Part shown: positions 1 to 10,033 of the stretch, in pieces
Position numbering within the stretch: position 1 is the first letter of the stretch
How the letters are laid out: each line of letters opens with the position of its first letter
Source of the DNA: Bdellovibrionota bacterium
GTDB taxonomy: Bacteria; Bdellovibrionota_C; UBA2361; JBGSMV01
DNA length: 32,139 bases
Assembly: GCA_044356455.1 (NCBI GenBank)
Contig: JBIKWF010000044.1
Coordinates: forward strand, 1-32,139
Reading direction: 5' to 3'
Notes under the pieces: model-generated
What the model saw: only the letters and a program-made list of their open reading frames with translations
Database searches by the model: none
Told to the model about the DNA's origin: nothing
Program-made: the position numbers and the translations under genes

Positions 1-112
1 CGGAGATGCTTTCCCGACTCTTTTCGTCTAACCCAAGGGCGAGAGGCGGGGCCGGAGCTTTTGAGACAGGACTACTAAGTCTTGTCAGCCTTGTTGTCAT
101 GAGTGCGGTCAT
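1..112 (-). CDS. 5' part of a gene running off the window edge; possibly a Dps/ferritin-like protein
   Basis: ATG at 112 with GGAG 8 nt upstream (ctcc at 121-124). The frame is open to position 1: MTALMTTRLTRLSSPVSKAPAPPLALGLDEKSRESIS. LGLDEKSRESIS resembles the segment preceding helix 1 of Dps proteins. Only 37 codons are visible. Confidence 0.35.
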   Translation of the reverse strand, partial: MTALMTTRLTRLSSPVSKAPAPPLALGLDEKSRESIS

Positions 113-399
113 CGCTGGGTCTCCGCTTTCTTACTTAGCACCCCCTAAGCTTTGAATGTAATGACCTAAGGATCAAGAGAAGTCCGCGAGATCTAACACA
201 ATCTGAATACAAAAAGTGCTTAGAGAGAAGAGAAGGACTACGCGTGCGCCAGGCGCCAGGGAGATGTTGCGGTTACGGTTCTTCTGGCGCTAATGCATCA
301 CATTCCATGACGTTGCCATAATACTAGGTAGTCAAGGGGTGAGAGCTCTGCCGTCCTGGCAGGCTTGCGTACAAATAACTTTAGTAATGGTTTGGGGTT

Positions 400-1269
400 A
401 TGAAACTCACCCGAGGTAGTACCTTTGGCTCATCTTCTGCGCGCGGTTTCTTACTGAGCACTATTCTCATTGCTGGCTGTTACAGCTTGGTAGCGGCTCC
501 CGAGGCGCAGGCGCTGGAATATTTGTGCCAGCGTAAAAACGTCAATCAGAAAGAGTCAGGGGTCGATAAGCCCTTCAATCAAAAGACGCGTACCCAAGCG
601 GTTAAGGCCGTAAAGTCTCTTCCGTGCCCTAAGGGCTTTAAGTTGGTTGCGGCACTTACCACTATCGATGATGTCAAGAGTATCTCTCAGGAAGCTGCCA
701 ATTCAGCGGTGAATCAAAACATCACTGCGCTCCCTGCGGGACCCACTGGTCCTCAAGGCGAGAAAGGAGAGGTGGGACCACAAGGCCCTCAAGGAGCTCC
801 GGGAGCGGTAGGTCCTCAAGGCCCTGCTGGCCCTATAGGTCCCCAAGGTCTGACGGGGCCTCAGGGTGCTACAGGTCCTCAGGGATTAAATGGAGCAACG
901 GGACCACAGGGTCCGCAAGGCCCGGTGGGATTGCAGGGACCTGTTGGTCCGCAAGGTGCGGTAGGTCCTCAAGGTCCGTCTGGAATTGCATCTCTTGGTC
1001 ATAAGGACTGCTACATTGCGATTGGCTATCGCTGGCATTCGCAGATTGCTAAGAACGGTTTTTATCCCAAGGCCTTCTACAAGGGCACTGATAATGACTG
1101 GGACTGGTACCACGTCATGTACTGCCGCGTTGATCCTACGATTGATGAAGCCAATCTTCCAACCGCGGCAGAGTTGCATGCGGATTGTCCGTGGGGGCAG
1201 TCCTACACTCAATGCAATACGAATGGAGCTACGGTTCCTGCGGGTGTAGGTGATGGCTTTGCACCGTAA
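400..1269 (+). CDS. Secreted collagen-like (Gly-X-Y repeat) protein
   Basis: Hydrophobic signal ending in an AxA-like site (EAQA), 28 uninterrupted GXY triplets, and a Cys/aromatic-rich C-terminal domain. Confidence 0.88.
   Translation: MKLTRGSTFGSSSARGFLLSTILIAGCYSLVAAPEAQALEYLCQRKNVNQKESGVDKPFNQKTRTQAVKAVKSLPCPKGFKLVAALTTIDDVKSISQEAANSAVNQNITALPAGPTGPQGEKGEVGPQGPQGAPGAVGPQGPAGPIGPQGLTGPQGATGPQGLNGATGPQGPQGPVGLQGPVGPQGAVGPQGPSGIASLGHKDCYIAIGYRWHSQIAKNGFYPKAFYKGTDNDWDWYHVMYCRVDPTIDEANLPTAAELHADCPWGQSYTQCNTNGATVPAGVGDGFAP
739..990 (+). repeat. Collagen triple-helix repeat (28 x Gly-X-Y, GPQ-rich)
   Basis: Counted directly in the translation from GPT to GIA. Confidence 0.9.
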
Positions 1270-1319
1270 GTGGTGGCGGCGCCGTGAGTATTGATTATGG
1301 GCCTTACGTCGCCGCTTTC

Positions 1320-2024
1320 CTAAGTCGAAAGCGCAAGTATCAATTCGGGCGAGTTATTCCTCGGAGAGTTTACCAAATTCGACACGGGGTGTGCTTTCAT
1401 TTTTTCAGCTGGGTACTGGCAGAGAAGTGAGCGCACGGCAGAGGGCTCGGTTACCTCAGGGTCTAGCCATGCTGACTCCAATTCAGGGGGAAGTATCACT
1501 GGCATGCGGGTATGTATTGAGCTGACAAATGAATTTGCTGCCGTGGTCATGATGGTAAATGACTCAACTACCTCGCGGCCCTCTTTGTCTTCCCAGTGCT
1601 CCCAAAGCCCCGCAAGGCTCATGATAGGCTCATCTTTGAGATAGATAGCATAGGGTTGTTTTCCAGATTCTGTGCGCTGCCATTCATAAAATCCGCTTAC
1701 GGGAACAATGCAGCGGCGCCGCTGAAAGGCGGCGCGGTAACTGCGCTTTTCGGTGACCTCTTCGGATTTGGCATTTATCATAGAGTATTTATCTGCGTCC
1801 TTTACGCTTCCTGCCCAGGAGGGCACGAGGCCCCAGCGCAAGTTGCGGAATGTGAGTGTCCCTTCAGTAACCACAAGCGCTAAGCAGAGATGCGTGGGGC
1901 AGATATTATAGTTGGGCGATACTTTAGGAGCCTCGGTGGGAAGGTGCCAGCGAAAGCCGCGTTTATTGAGGTAGTGAAAAGCAAGTTCAACGTCAGTGTA
2001 GGTAGAATATGCTCGTCCGCACAT
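1320..2024 (-). CDS. yedK: SOS response-associated peptidase (SRAP/HMCES family, abasic-site crosslinking protein)
   Basis: N-terminal MCGR (catalytic Cys2), YNICP, RWGLVPSW, INAKSE, RRCIVPVSGFYEW and IHTRMPVIL motifs. Confidence 0.95.
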   Translation of the reverse strand: MCGRAYSTYTDVELAFHYLNKRGFRWHLPTEAPKVSPNYNICPTHLCLALVVTEGTLTFRNLRWGLVPSWAGSVKDADKYSMINAKSEEVTEKRSYRAAFQRRRCIVPVSGFYEWQRTESGKQPYAIYLKDEPIMSLAGLWEHWEDKEGREVVESFTIMTTAANSFVSSIHTRMPVILPPELESAWLDPEVTEPSAVRSLLCQYPAEKMKAHPVSNLVNSPRNNSPELILALST

Positions 2025-2156
2025 AGGTCACCTCTGGGTGCGCTCAGACTTTTACAAACGAAATGTGTGGCGCCAGGAGCCTGTCCCGCAGAAAAAGCCT
2101 GCCACTACATGTGGTGGTGGCAACGGGACAGCCTACCTACGGGACACAGCGCAAGG

Positions 2157-3506
2157 TTAGGTTCCTAAAAGCTGCAGCGCAAGAGCTGGCTGAGTATTGG
2201 CTTGCGCGAGAACGGCGGCTCCTGCTTGTTGTAAAATTTGAAGGCGCAGCATCTTGCTTGATTCAGAGGCGATGTCCGCGTCGCGGATTCTTGAGCCCGC
2301 GGATTCAACCTCGAGCCCGGCGTTTGCTACGAGGCCAAGAGCAGTTTCTAGGCGACTTTGAGTGGCACCAATGGTGCCGCGTAGAGCAGCTAAGCTTTCG
2401 ATGCGATTTCGTACGACATCGAGGGCGGTAAGAGCGCGGGAGGCTGTCTCGACTCCTGTAAAGTCTATGGCGTCAGTTGCTGGGGCTACGTTCCCGATCC
2501 GAAGCCCAGATAGATTTAGGGTCATGCTTGAGCTCAGACCGGCGCCTCCACTCCAGGTGGCAAACGAAGCCCCGGAAATGGTGACCGAGGCGTCTGTTGA
2601 ATTGATTGTACCCGTGGCAGCGTCGTATTGAATCGCATCCGAGTAATCTCCGCCTGCGTCCCAGTAGTTATTGAAGGCTGCGAGTCCATTCTGGGTCACG
2701 GAGAACTCAGTATCAGCGCCGCCTGTGGAAATGAAGCTTATGATGTCAATGCTTCCCTCGCTAAACATGCCTCGTATGAATCCAAAGGCGAGGGTGCGTT
2801 CGTTTCCATTCGTATCATACACCGTGGTGGTCATGAGATTTCCACCAAAGAGATCAGCGAGCTCGTCAAGTGTTCTGACTTCTACAATGGAGCCTGCGTC
2901 ATCTCCATCGACCCCGCCGTCCCCGCTAAGGTCAGCAGTGACCATATCTTCATAGCGTATCGATCCGCTAAGACTACCGCTATTGATACCGTTCATAGAG
3001 AGCCGACTAGAGGCATTACCTCGAATTCCGAGCTGGAAGGAGAATGCATCGGGAGCACCAGTATCGTTCGCTCGCAGCAGAGCGAGACCGTTGAATTGGG
3101 CGCTATCGCCTAATCTTCCATACTCATCGATGAGCTGTTCATATTCCTTCTGCAGCGTGCGGCGCTGCTCTGTTGAGAAGGTGCCATTTGCGGCTTGCTC
3201 TGCAAGCTCTGCCAAGCGTGAGAGGGTGTTTGCTTGTTCTCCAAGCACACTATCGGCAATGGAGAGGACGGAGACGGCGTCTGAGATGTTGCGCTGGGCA
3301 GTGCCGTAAAGACGGCGATCGGCGCGTAGGCTCTCAGAAATGGAGAGCCCGGCAGCGTCATCTGAGGCCCGGTTGATACGCAGGCCTGAGGAGAGGCGCT
3401 CAAAGCTGCGCCCCAACTCTGCAGACGACTCTGCGAGCAGTCGTCCTGCTCGAAGTGCTGCGATGTTTGTGCCTATGCGAATCACGCGAGTCTTATCCTT
3501 GACCAT
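2157..3506 (-). CDS. fliC: Flagellin
   Basis: TNIAAL, ERLSSGLRINRASDDAAGLSISE at the N-terminus; RGTIGATQSRL, SRIRDADIA, QQAGAAVLAQAN at the C-terminus. The real start may be GTG at 3485. Confidence 0.96.
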   Translation of the reverse strand: MVKDKTRVIRIGTNIAALRAGRLLAESSAELGRSFERLSSGLRINRASDDAAGLSISESLRADRRLYGTAQRNISDAVSVLSIADSVLGEQANTLSRLAELAEQAANGTFSTEQRRTLQKEYEQLIDEYGRLGDSAQFNGLALLRANDTGAPDAFSFQLGIRGNASSRLSMNGINSGSLSGSIRYEDMVTADLSGDGGVDGDDAGSIVEVRTLDELADLFGGNLMTTTVYDTNGNERTLAFGFIRGMFSEGSIDIISFISTGGADTEFSVTQNGLAAFNNYWDAGGDYSDAIQYDAATGTINSTDASVTISGASFATWSGGAGLSSSMTLNLSGLRIGNVAPATDAIDFTGVETASRALTALDVVRNRIESLAALRGTIGATQSRLETALGLVANAGLEVESAGSRIRDADIASESSKMLRLQILQQAGAAVLAQANTQPALALQLLGT

Positions 3507-3581
3507 TTCGCGGCAGCGAACGTTCGTGTTCGCTGCACCGTGTGAAGCCCCGTAAAAAAGCGAGGTACTCCACGTCTCAAG

Positions 3582-3608
3582 TATTCGGAATATTTGCGAT
3601 TTATCTGA
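3582..3608 (-). promoter_or_regulatory. Possible sigma28 (FliA) promoter for the flagellin
   Basis: Minus strand reads TCAG-N15-TCCGAATA against the consensus TAAA-N15-GCCGATAA. Spacing and position are right but the match is imperfect. Confidence 0.35.
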
Positions 3609-3874
3609 AGTTGTAGGAATTCAGCGTTCAGAGCTCCAACTTTATTGGCGTGGAGTATTTCGGGGAGAAATCTGGAGTGGGTAACTACCTGAATCTTTGG
3701 GCTAGCCGCGAGGACTGCTCGCGGCTCTTCCGCCCGGAGGTACTATGAGAGGAATTCGTACCTGACTTTTAGGTGGAAGAGACGCGCTCTCTCCGAGTCG
3801 ACCAATCGGTAGGCCACGTAGAACTTGTTCGTCTATCCTGGTTCGCACTGATTCGTTGCTGTTGGCAAGCGGCG

Positions 3875-5152
3875 CTATTTTATGCGCGCATCCTCGTCGA
3901 TGCGCATCCAGGGCAGGTAGCCCGTTTCCTTATAGATCCAATAGAGACAGTAGCTACATAGAGCAAACTCTGTTAGCACCGTCGAGAGCGCGGCCCCCTC
4001 GGCGCCCAGTTGTGGAATTAGAATCAGATTGCCCAGGATGTTTACGGCTAGGCTTACGAGCGTTGCCCACATATAGAGGTGCTGCTTTTTCAGTGAAAGG
4101 AAGATGGTCCCCGAGGGGCCATTTATCCACGCAAACACTGCCGCGAGCATTAAGATCGAGAGAGAAAGAGATGCCGAGGTATACTCGTGTCCGTATAGTA
4201 TGCCTAGCAATTGCTTAGAAAAGAGGGCGAGGATCAGCGCGAGAGGAAGGAGGTATCTACAATAGATACTAAGTATGCCGCGATAGAGTACTTTGAATTC
4301 CCTGCCGCCGGTTATGGTTGTGCGGGCGAAGTTTGGGAACAGCGCCCCCATCATAAAATTCGATAAGATCATGAGTTGATCAAGTAATAGGTAGCCGGCG
4401 CTGTAATGGGCTACGGTGCTTTCCCCAGTAAAGTAGTTGAGCATGACGACGTCAATTCGCACATAGAGGTGAGTGGCGACTACCATGATGACGACTGGGA
4501 CCACTTCTACTATAAGGTTTCTAAGGATCTTTGTGTCCACAGCCTGCAATGAGAAATGCTGCCAGGATCGTGACAGAAGGACTAAAACAACTCCTTGCAT
4601 GAAATTAAAGAGCGCCCATGCGCCGACGAGAGCGGGCACAGGAAGTCCTTGCCTTGCGACAGAGTAGAGTCCCGCAGTTGCCGCCACGTGCCCTACGATG
4701 GAAGCAAGGACCACTTTACCTATGAGCTCCTTAGCAATGAGTAATGTCTGCGACACTTGAAGGACGAGAGAAGCAAGGAGCGAGACGGTGCCTATCGCTA
4801 ACGAGAGGGCAAGTTCAGGATGAAAGGCATTAAAGTAGACGAGGGCCACGCCGCAGAGTGGAAGTGCTACCAAAAGCTGCAATAGGAGCGCCGAGGAGAA
4901 CGTCGCTGTGTAATGCTGCGGCCCTTGTTGAGCCATCTCCCGAGCTGCCACCATTGCAATGCCGCCAAAGCAGGAAAATGCAGAGATGAAGAAAAGTAGC
5001 GCAAGCACCAACTGATATTCGCCAACAATGGCGGATGAATACGCGCGTGTAAGGATAACAAGCTGGATCAGGGATGCCGTAATAGTAACGAGAGCATCAA
5101 CTGCTTTACGTCCGATGTTGTGCTTGAGTCGAGTTTCCAATGAGGTGCTCAT
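3875..5152 (-). CDS. Polysaccharide/oligosaccharide flippase (Wzx-like, MOP superfamily)
   Basis: About 12 hydrophobic segments; YVRIDVVML, HYSAGY, ALFP and NLILIPQLGAEGAALSTVLTE motifs. ATG at 5152 preferred over TTG at 5167. Confidence 0.85.
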   Translation of the reverse strand: MSTSLETRLKHNIGRKAVDALVTITASLIQLVILTRAYSSAIVGEYQLVLALLFFISAFSCFGGIAMVAAREMAQQGPQHYTATFSSALLLQLLVALPLCGVALVYFNAFHPELALSLAIGTVSLLASLVLQVSQTLLIAKELIGKVVLASIVGHVAATAGLYSVARQGLPVPALVGAWALFNFMQGVVLVLLSRSWQHFSLQAVDTKILRNLIVEVVPVVIMVVATHLYVRIDVVMLNYFTGESTVAHYSAGYLLLDQLMILSNFMMGALFPNFARTTITGGREFKVLYRGILSIYCRYLLPLALILALFSKQLLGILYGHEYTSASLSLSILMLAAVFAWINGPSGTIFLSLKKQHLYMWATLVSLAVNILGNLILIPQLGAEGAALSTVLTEFALCSYCLYWIYKETGYLPWMRIDEDARIK

Positions 5153-5267
5153 GCAATTCTTTTGCAAGGGAGGGTTTTGTTGGAGCCAGTGTAGTCAGCT
5201 TGTGATTCTGTGACAATTTGTTCTTCTTCTTGGTGTGGTGGGTGGTCTGCGGTAGGTCTGAGTCGAT

Positions 5268-7358
5268 TTACTCAGTATAGGGAACGGGGCTCACAATCCA
5301 TACGCCTGCCGTGGCAATTGAGTTGGGAACTCGCAGGACTGAGCCTTCTCGAAAGGTGAGGCGCCTGCCGCCAAGGTTAATTACTACTTGTCCCGGGGTC
5401 TCTACCACATGGGCCATGGGATTCATATCTTCAGGTGTGAAGCGGTATATATACCGATTGGCGTATGCCACCGAGAGAAGTTCCTGAGCATGCAGATTAA
5501 TTATGTTTTGATTGAGCGTGGCAAGTTCAGCACCCCCGATTATGGCGTCGAACTCCCGAAGGACCTGATTGAGCGCGCGCTCTCCTGCATCTGAAGAGGA
5601 GGCGTCTGGGTTCCACAGAGCGAAGTGTGAGACGCCACTGGTGAGCGCGTGGAGGATGTTTTCATAGTAGAGCAGGGGCTGCGGATAGCCGTCACTAGGT
5701 GAGGTCATGGTGCCCGGGAAGATACGGTCGGATATCCAAGGAGTGAGAGGCCGTGGCGAGGAGTTCTGCGAAATGCGCATGTCGGATTGTGTCATGAGAA
5801 AGGCGTGAAAAGGGGTGGGGGCCAGGTAGTCGGAATAGGGATAGGTCAGCCATACATAGGAACTCATTCTGCCGTACATGTTAAAAGCCCCGGAAGTTCC
5901 GAATTCTGAGAGTGAGCCGTTTCGATACCAGTGCCATCCACCGATATCTGGGGAGGAAAACTCGTCTGACATGGGGCTAAAGCCATAGTTGGAGATCTTC
6001 GCCTGAGGAAAGACCTGAAGTATGGGATCTCGAATTGCACGATTGAGCTGCGCAGCAATACGGTTGCGAATCATATGATCCCATAGCTCTCTGTTCTGAA
6101 GGGGCGATGCGCGGTTTAGGGAATCCTTGAGGCTATCATTCAGAAATACGAAGCCACGTGCTTGTAAGGGAGCGAGAACTTCCGTGGTAAAGGTCGGATG
6201 GCTCTGCAGTGCTCTAAGCTCAGCATCTACCTGATCGCACCGACGTGTGAAGGGCCAATTTTGGTCGCATTGGAACAGGCCGTAGGATGAGTGCGTGTAG
6301 TGTTCTTCGTAGTCAATCAGAACGGTTGCTACGGTAGCGCCCGCGTTCTTCATGATCTGAAAATACTGTTGAATTGTTGCCGCGGCCTGTGGAATTCCGT
6401 TTTCAAAAGAAAGAGATTTGAATGATAGCCCGGTGATTGGATCTACTGCTCTGTCAGAGGGGTGGCTATCGAAGGGAATTGCGTCAGCGTTGCGCGAGGT
6501 TTCATGGACATCCCATACGTAAACTACTCGGTCTTGCTCCGCACGCGCGGTGAGCTCGCGTGCTTTTAGTGGCGCCTCAGCAAGGCGCAGAGAGTTGAGC
6601 CAAATAAACGGCTTAATATTATAACCTGATATGTCAGAGGGGACTGCTGCCCAAGAATAGGCTCGTGCCCGGGCAGTCTGCGTGCCTCCACCGGTAGGGC
6701 GCTCAGAAGCACTGGTGCTACTGCTACAGTCGGGGTCTCTGGGGAAATCAGCAAACCCGTCTTGATCGTCATCTAACCCGTTTGAGCACTCAAAGGCAGG
6801 ACGAGGTGTGGGAGTGCTGGTCGCGGTACGAGTCGCCGTTGGCGTTGGTGTGTTTGTAGGGGTGCTCGTTGCGGTTTGTGTTGGAGTAGGTGTTTTGGTT
6901 TGGGTCGGGGTAGCAGTTGGCGTTCTAGTTGGGGTAGCCGAGGATGTCGCGGTAGGTTGAATGGTTGGCAGCGAAGTCGGAGTTGGTTCTGCAGCCTCCA
7001 CACGCGGCGGCACACAGAAGATCAGCAACCTCTCGACGGAGCGAAGTTTCTTTCTAAGGGGACGTCTCTCTGGTCTCCGTGCATTTGCAAGACGTCTTTG
7101 CAGATTTTGCTTGGTGCGCAAGGGATCGATTGAGGTCCACTGAACGCGCCGCCGGAATCTGGGAGGATTCAATCTTACCGCGATGAAGCGAAATGGTTCT
7201 TCGCTGGGGTGGTAGCAAGCGAACCCGTTGCGGAAGTTAGTAAATGAGGAGATGTTGCTCGCTACAATCAAGCCGCGTTCGGCGTGAGCGATCGGGGCTA
7301 TGGACAGGAACAAGAGAACTGTCCAGAAACCGACCGATAGACATCGCTTTACAGTCAC
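5268..7358 (-). CDS. Secreted multidomain hypothetical protein (basic N-domain, Pro/Thr linker, Cys-Asp module, possible glycoside-hydrolase-like barrel)
   Basis: 696-aa ORF with a signal peptide ending in AHA, a PT-rich linker, CSNGLDDDQDGFADFPRDPDC, and a large aromatic-rich C-terminal domain. The function is an inference. Confidence 0.7.
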   Translation of the reverse strand: MTVKRCLSVGFWTVLLFLSIAPIAHAERGLIVASNISSFTNFRNGFACYHPSEEPFRFIAVRLNPPRFRRRVQWTSIDPLRTKQNLQRRLANARRPERRPLRKKLRSVERLLIFCVPPRVEAAEPTPTSLPTIQPTATSSATPTRTPTATPTQTKTPTPTQTATSTPTNTPTPTATRTATSTPTPRPAFECSNGLDDDQDGFADFPRDPDCSSSTSASERPTGGGTQTARARAYSWAAVPSDISGYNIKPFIWLNSLRLAEAPLKARELTARAEQDRVVYVWDVHETSRNADAIPFDSHPSDRAVDPITGLSFKSLSFENGIPQAAATIQQYFQIMKNAGATVATVLIDYEEHYTHSSYGLFQCDQNWPFTRRCDQVDAELRALQSHPTFTTEVLAPLQARGFVFLNDSLKDSLNRASPLQNRELWDHMIRNRIAAQLNRAIRDPILQVFPQAKISNYGFSPMSDEFSSPDIGGWHWYRNGSLSEFGTSGAFNMYGRMSSYVWLTYPYSDYLAPTPFHAFLMTQSDMRISQNSSPRPLTPWISDRIFPGTMTSPSDGYPQPLLYYENILHALTSGVSHFALWNPDASSSDAGERALNQVLREFDAIIGGAELATLNQNIINLHAQELLSVAYANRYIYRFTPEDMNPMAHVVETPGQVVINLGGRRLTFREGSVLRVPNSIATAGVWIVSPVPYTE
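6798..6989 (-). repeat. Pro/Thr-rich low-complexity linker (TPT repeats)
   Basis: EPTPTSLPT...TPTATPTQTKTPTPTQTATSTPTNTPTPTATRTATSTPTPRP in the translation. Confidence 0.8.
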
Positions 7359-7584
7359 AGCTAACTACCTGAAAATACGTCCCATCATCGAAGCTAGTTT
7401 GGCGTATTAGGTAATTTTGCAAGAAACGTTCCACTGAATTCCCTATATTTCTTAGCGAATGCTCCTAGTTTTTCGGAATTAGGTACCCACTTTTGACGGG
7501 TGTCTGGGTTTCGGGGTTTGGTGCACCCCAACAATGGCTCCCAGCCCCTTTGTTTCAGGGATCTGAGGCAGTTTTGGAACTTAA

Positions 7585-9864
7585 CTACCGGTCACTCTTT
7601 CCCTCATCATTCTCCACGGCACTCAGAGCGGGCTGTGGCGCTGGCAGCTCTTTTTTAAGGGAGTCAAGATAGGAGTCCAAATCTCGGGGTGCCTGCTTGT
7701 TCTTGGGATCGAGGGCTGGGATGAATCGACCAAAGATTCCTGTCACGCTGAGGCCAAGACTCTTGATTACCTCAGGAATAAAAGCAGGAACATCAGGGAG
7801 CGGCGCGTCTAAGGTTCCTCCGATGGGAAGAGGCAAAAGAACCTCGGCAAGCTTGATGCGGCTCACCAAGTCAACTTTCCGGTTAAGTCCAATAGTGCCT
7901 TCGAACTGGACGGTGGGAAGTAGATTGGTATTGAGCTCCATAGAAGGGAGCGTCACCACTCCATTCTCAAGCTTCATATCGAAGACGCCCTTCTTAATGT
8001 ACAGCCGCCCTTGTTCTCCCAGGGAAGATTTGAATTCGCCGCCCGCTGCAGAAAGCTCGGCGGGAAGAATTGCTGAGCCGAGCGTGCTGATGATTTTTGA
8101 AAAAACGGAAAAGGGAAGAAACACGATATTTATCGGCGGCACATCTTGGAATCGGGAAGGAAGCCTAAGTTCGGAGAAGTTGCTTTGCAGGCTCGCGGTC
8201 AGTCTATTCTCAAAGCCAGGACTAAAAATGTCAGTGCCATGCAGGGAAAGATGTGCGCCATCAATGGTGCCTGCGAGGCCGATCTTTTCTTCTCCAGAAG
8301 GGGGCTCCTCTATGAGGCTTTCAAGCGCAAGTCCAGACACTCTTGCGTTTACGTTAAGCGCTCCGTCATTTTGAAGGGTGCCGTCAAGTGCGAGTTGTCC
8401 CTTGCCGCGTGAGGCCGTCGCCTTCGTGAGGGTGACTTTCGATGCAGAGCTCGCCGCCTCAATAAGAAGATTCTGCAGCTCGGTGCCCGCAGCGCGGAGT
8501 TTCAAAACGTTTCCTCTTATTTGAAGTTCAGGAAACGTCTTGGTGGGCGAGGAAGGTTCTTCCTTCTTCTGCTCCTCGGTGCCCACCTCATCCTTACGAG
8601 TGAGGGCGGTTCCAATGCTTTGAATGTGGTCGCTATCTAGGAGGGTTGATTCGAATGCGATCTGAAGTGGGGATTTATCTGAGCTGACGGCAGAAAAAGA
8701 GAGGTCACTAATGAGCTGGGGGCCGCTGCGGAGATCGACCCGCGCATTCTAAATTCTCCAGCCCAGGTTTTCTTTGTGGTAGGCTGCTTTAATGGTGCTT
8801 GTCTCATAGCTCTTGCCATCGCTCAGTTTCAGGGTTGGAAACACAATTTCGACCTCTCCGTGCTGCTCTTTGGAGCTCTTTGATTCTCCTTTGCCTTTGA
8901 TTTCTGCAACAAACTCAAGGGCGTCTAAGAGAGGTGAGCGATAGAAGCTCCTTATAAAAGGGGAGTTGATTGCAAGAGATGTGATGCTGGCCGAGCTTTC
9001 GCCTGTGGCAGTGTAATACCGGGCAGACCCGCTTAAGTTCAAAGTGCCAGCCTGTGTGCCAATCTGAGGAACGCTGCTCGAGAGGGTAACTGAGGAAAGG
9101 TTGATCTCCTTAGGCATGAGACTGCCTCGGACGCGAATCCCAAGGGTGCGATCGGTAAGATCGATCGATCCGATATTCCCTTCGAAATTACTGAAGTCAA
9201 AACTGCTATCGGTTGACCGCAACCCAATTCTTTCTAATTCACCAAAGCTTGAGAAGGTTCCGTGCACGGTAAAGTCGAGCTTCTCTTGGGGAGCGGCAAC
9301 GGTGAGAGTCGCTTTGCCGCTAAGTTCCACGCTTCCGGGATAGCTGAGCTTCTTTGCAGAGAGATCTACTTGTGAGGCAACCACACGTAGCCCCGCGGAG
9401 GAATAAGAGAACTCACTTTGCTCGATTTCAGCATTTCGAACGTTAAGCTGTATTCTGTTCTGAGTACTTTCGGAAGAAGAGGGTACGTCTTCTCGTTCTA
9501 TTGATTCTGAAGAAGTGCTGACCTCAATTATGGCTCCCTTAAGCGAGAGGTTCTCAAGGGAGAGAAAATTCAAGCGCGAGCGCAAGAGCTCAAGCAGGTC
9601 TATCTTGAGTGACGCCGTTTTGAGGGAAATCTTTGCTGACGGGGAGCGTAGCTCAAATCCGGTGGTTGCGACTTCTCCCTTCAGGCTTAGGCGAAAGCTT
9701 TCTGCGTTAAGGGAAAGAGGGGTGTACTTGGTGGCTAAAGGAAAGAGATACTTTGTTACTATCGCAGAGCTGTCGAGGCAGAGCATAAAGCCCAAAACGG
9801 TGATGCCGCTCATCATAAGCAGCATTGCCAGTGTCCTTAGGGTGCCTTTAAGGAATGCGCGCAT
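7585..9864 (-). pseudogene. AsmA-like envelope protein interrupted by one in-frame TAG (8749-8751)
   Basis: ORFs 8749..9966 and 7585..8586 are in the same frame and the 54 codons between them are open. There is an N-terminal TM anchor after ATG 9864, a beta-rich body, and an AsmA-like C-terminal pattern (FEGTIGLNRKVDL...LPIGGTLDAP). Confidence 0.6.
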
Positions 9865-10033
9865 GGTGGTGTGCTTTGAGCTGGTGCCGCTCTCTAAGAA
9901 GATCTCCGCGGCTGTTCCCACACCTTTTTGGGCATATTTTTGAGCAGAGTGGAATTCACTTCCCACGTGAGGGCACTACCTGCCGCAAGGGAGCAGTTTT
10001 CTACGAACCATTGCTGCTAAAACACCGCTACCG

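Noticed and set aside
161..176. ATGACCTAAGGATCAA as a box for the left-edge gene
   Set aside because: TGA-N8-TCA spacing does not fit the N6 core.
305..319. CATGACGTTGCCATA upstream of the collagen-like gene as a sixth Crp/Fnr box
   Set aside because: The spacing is one base short (TGA-N5-CCA) and the right half-site lacks TCA.
739..990. Repeats as a CRISPR array, DGR or prophage tail fibre
   Set aside because: They are codon-level GXY repeats inside a signal-peptide-bearing CDS, with no spacers, cas, reverse transcriptase or phage genes.
2052..2064. TTTACAAACGAAA-like sequence as a LexA box for the SRAP gene
   Set aside because: It is a poor palindrome and the host's LexA motif is unknown.
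3704..3726. 9-bp hairpin AGCCGCGAG/CTCGCGGCT as the flippase terminator
   Set aside because: It is about 150 nt from the stop and has no U-tract on the minus strand, so the function is unsupported.
8749..8751. Genome-wide TAG reassignment or pyrrolysine coding
   Set aside because: Several clearly full-length genes in the window end in TAG, and no pyl genes are visible.
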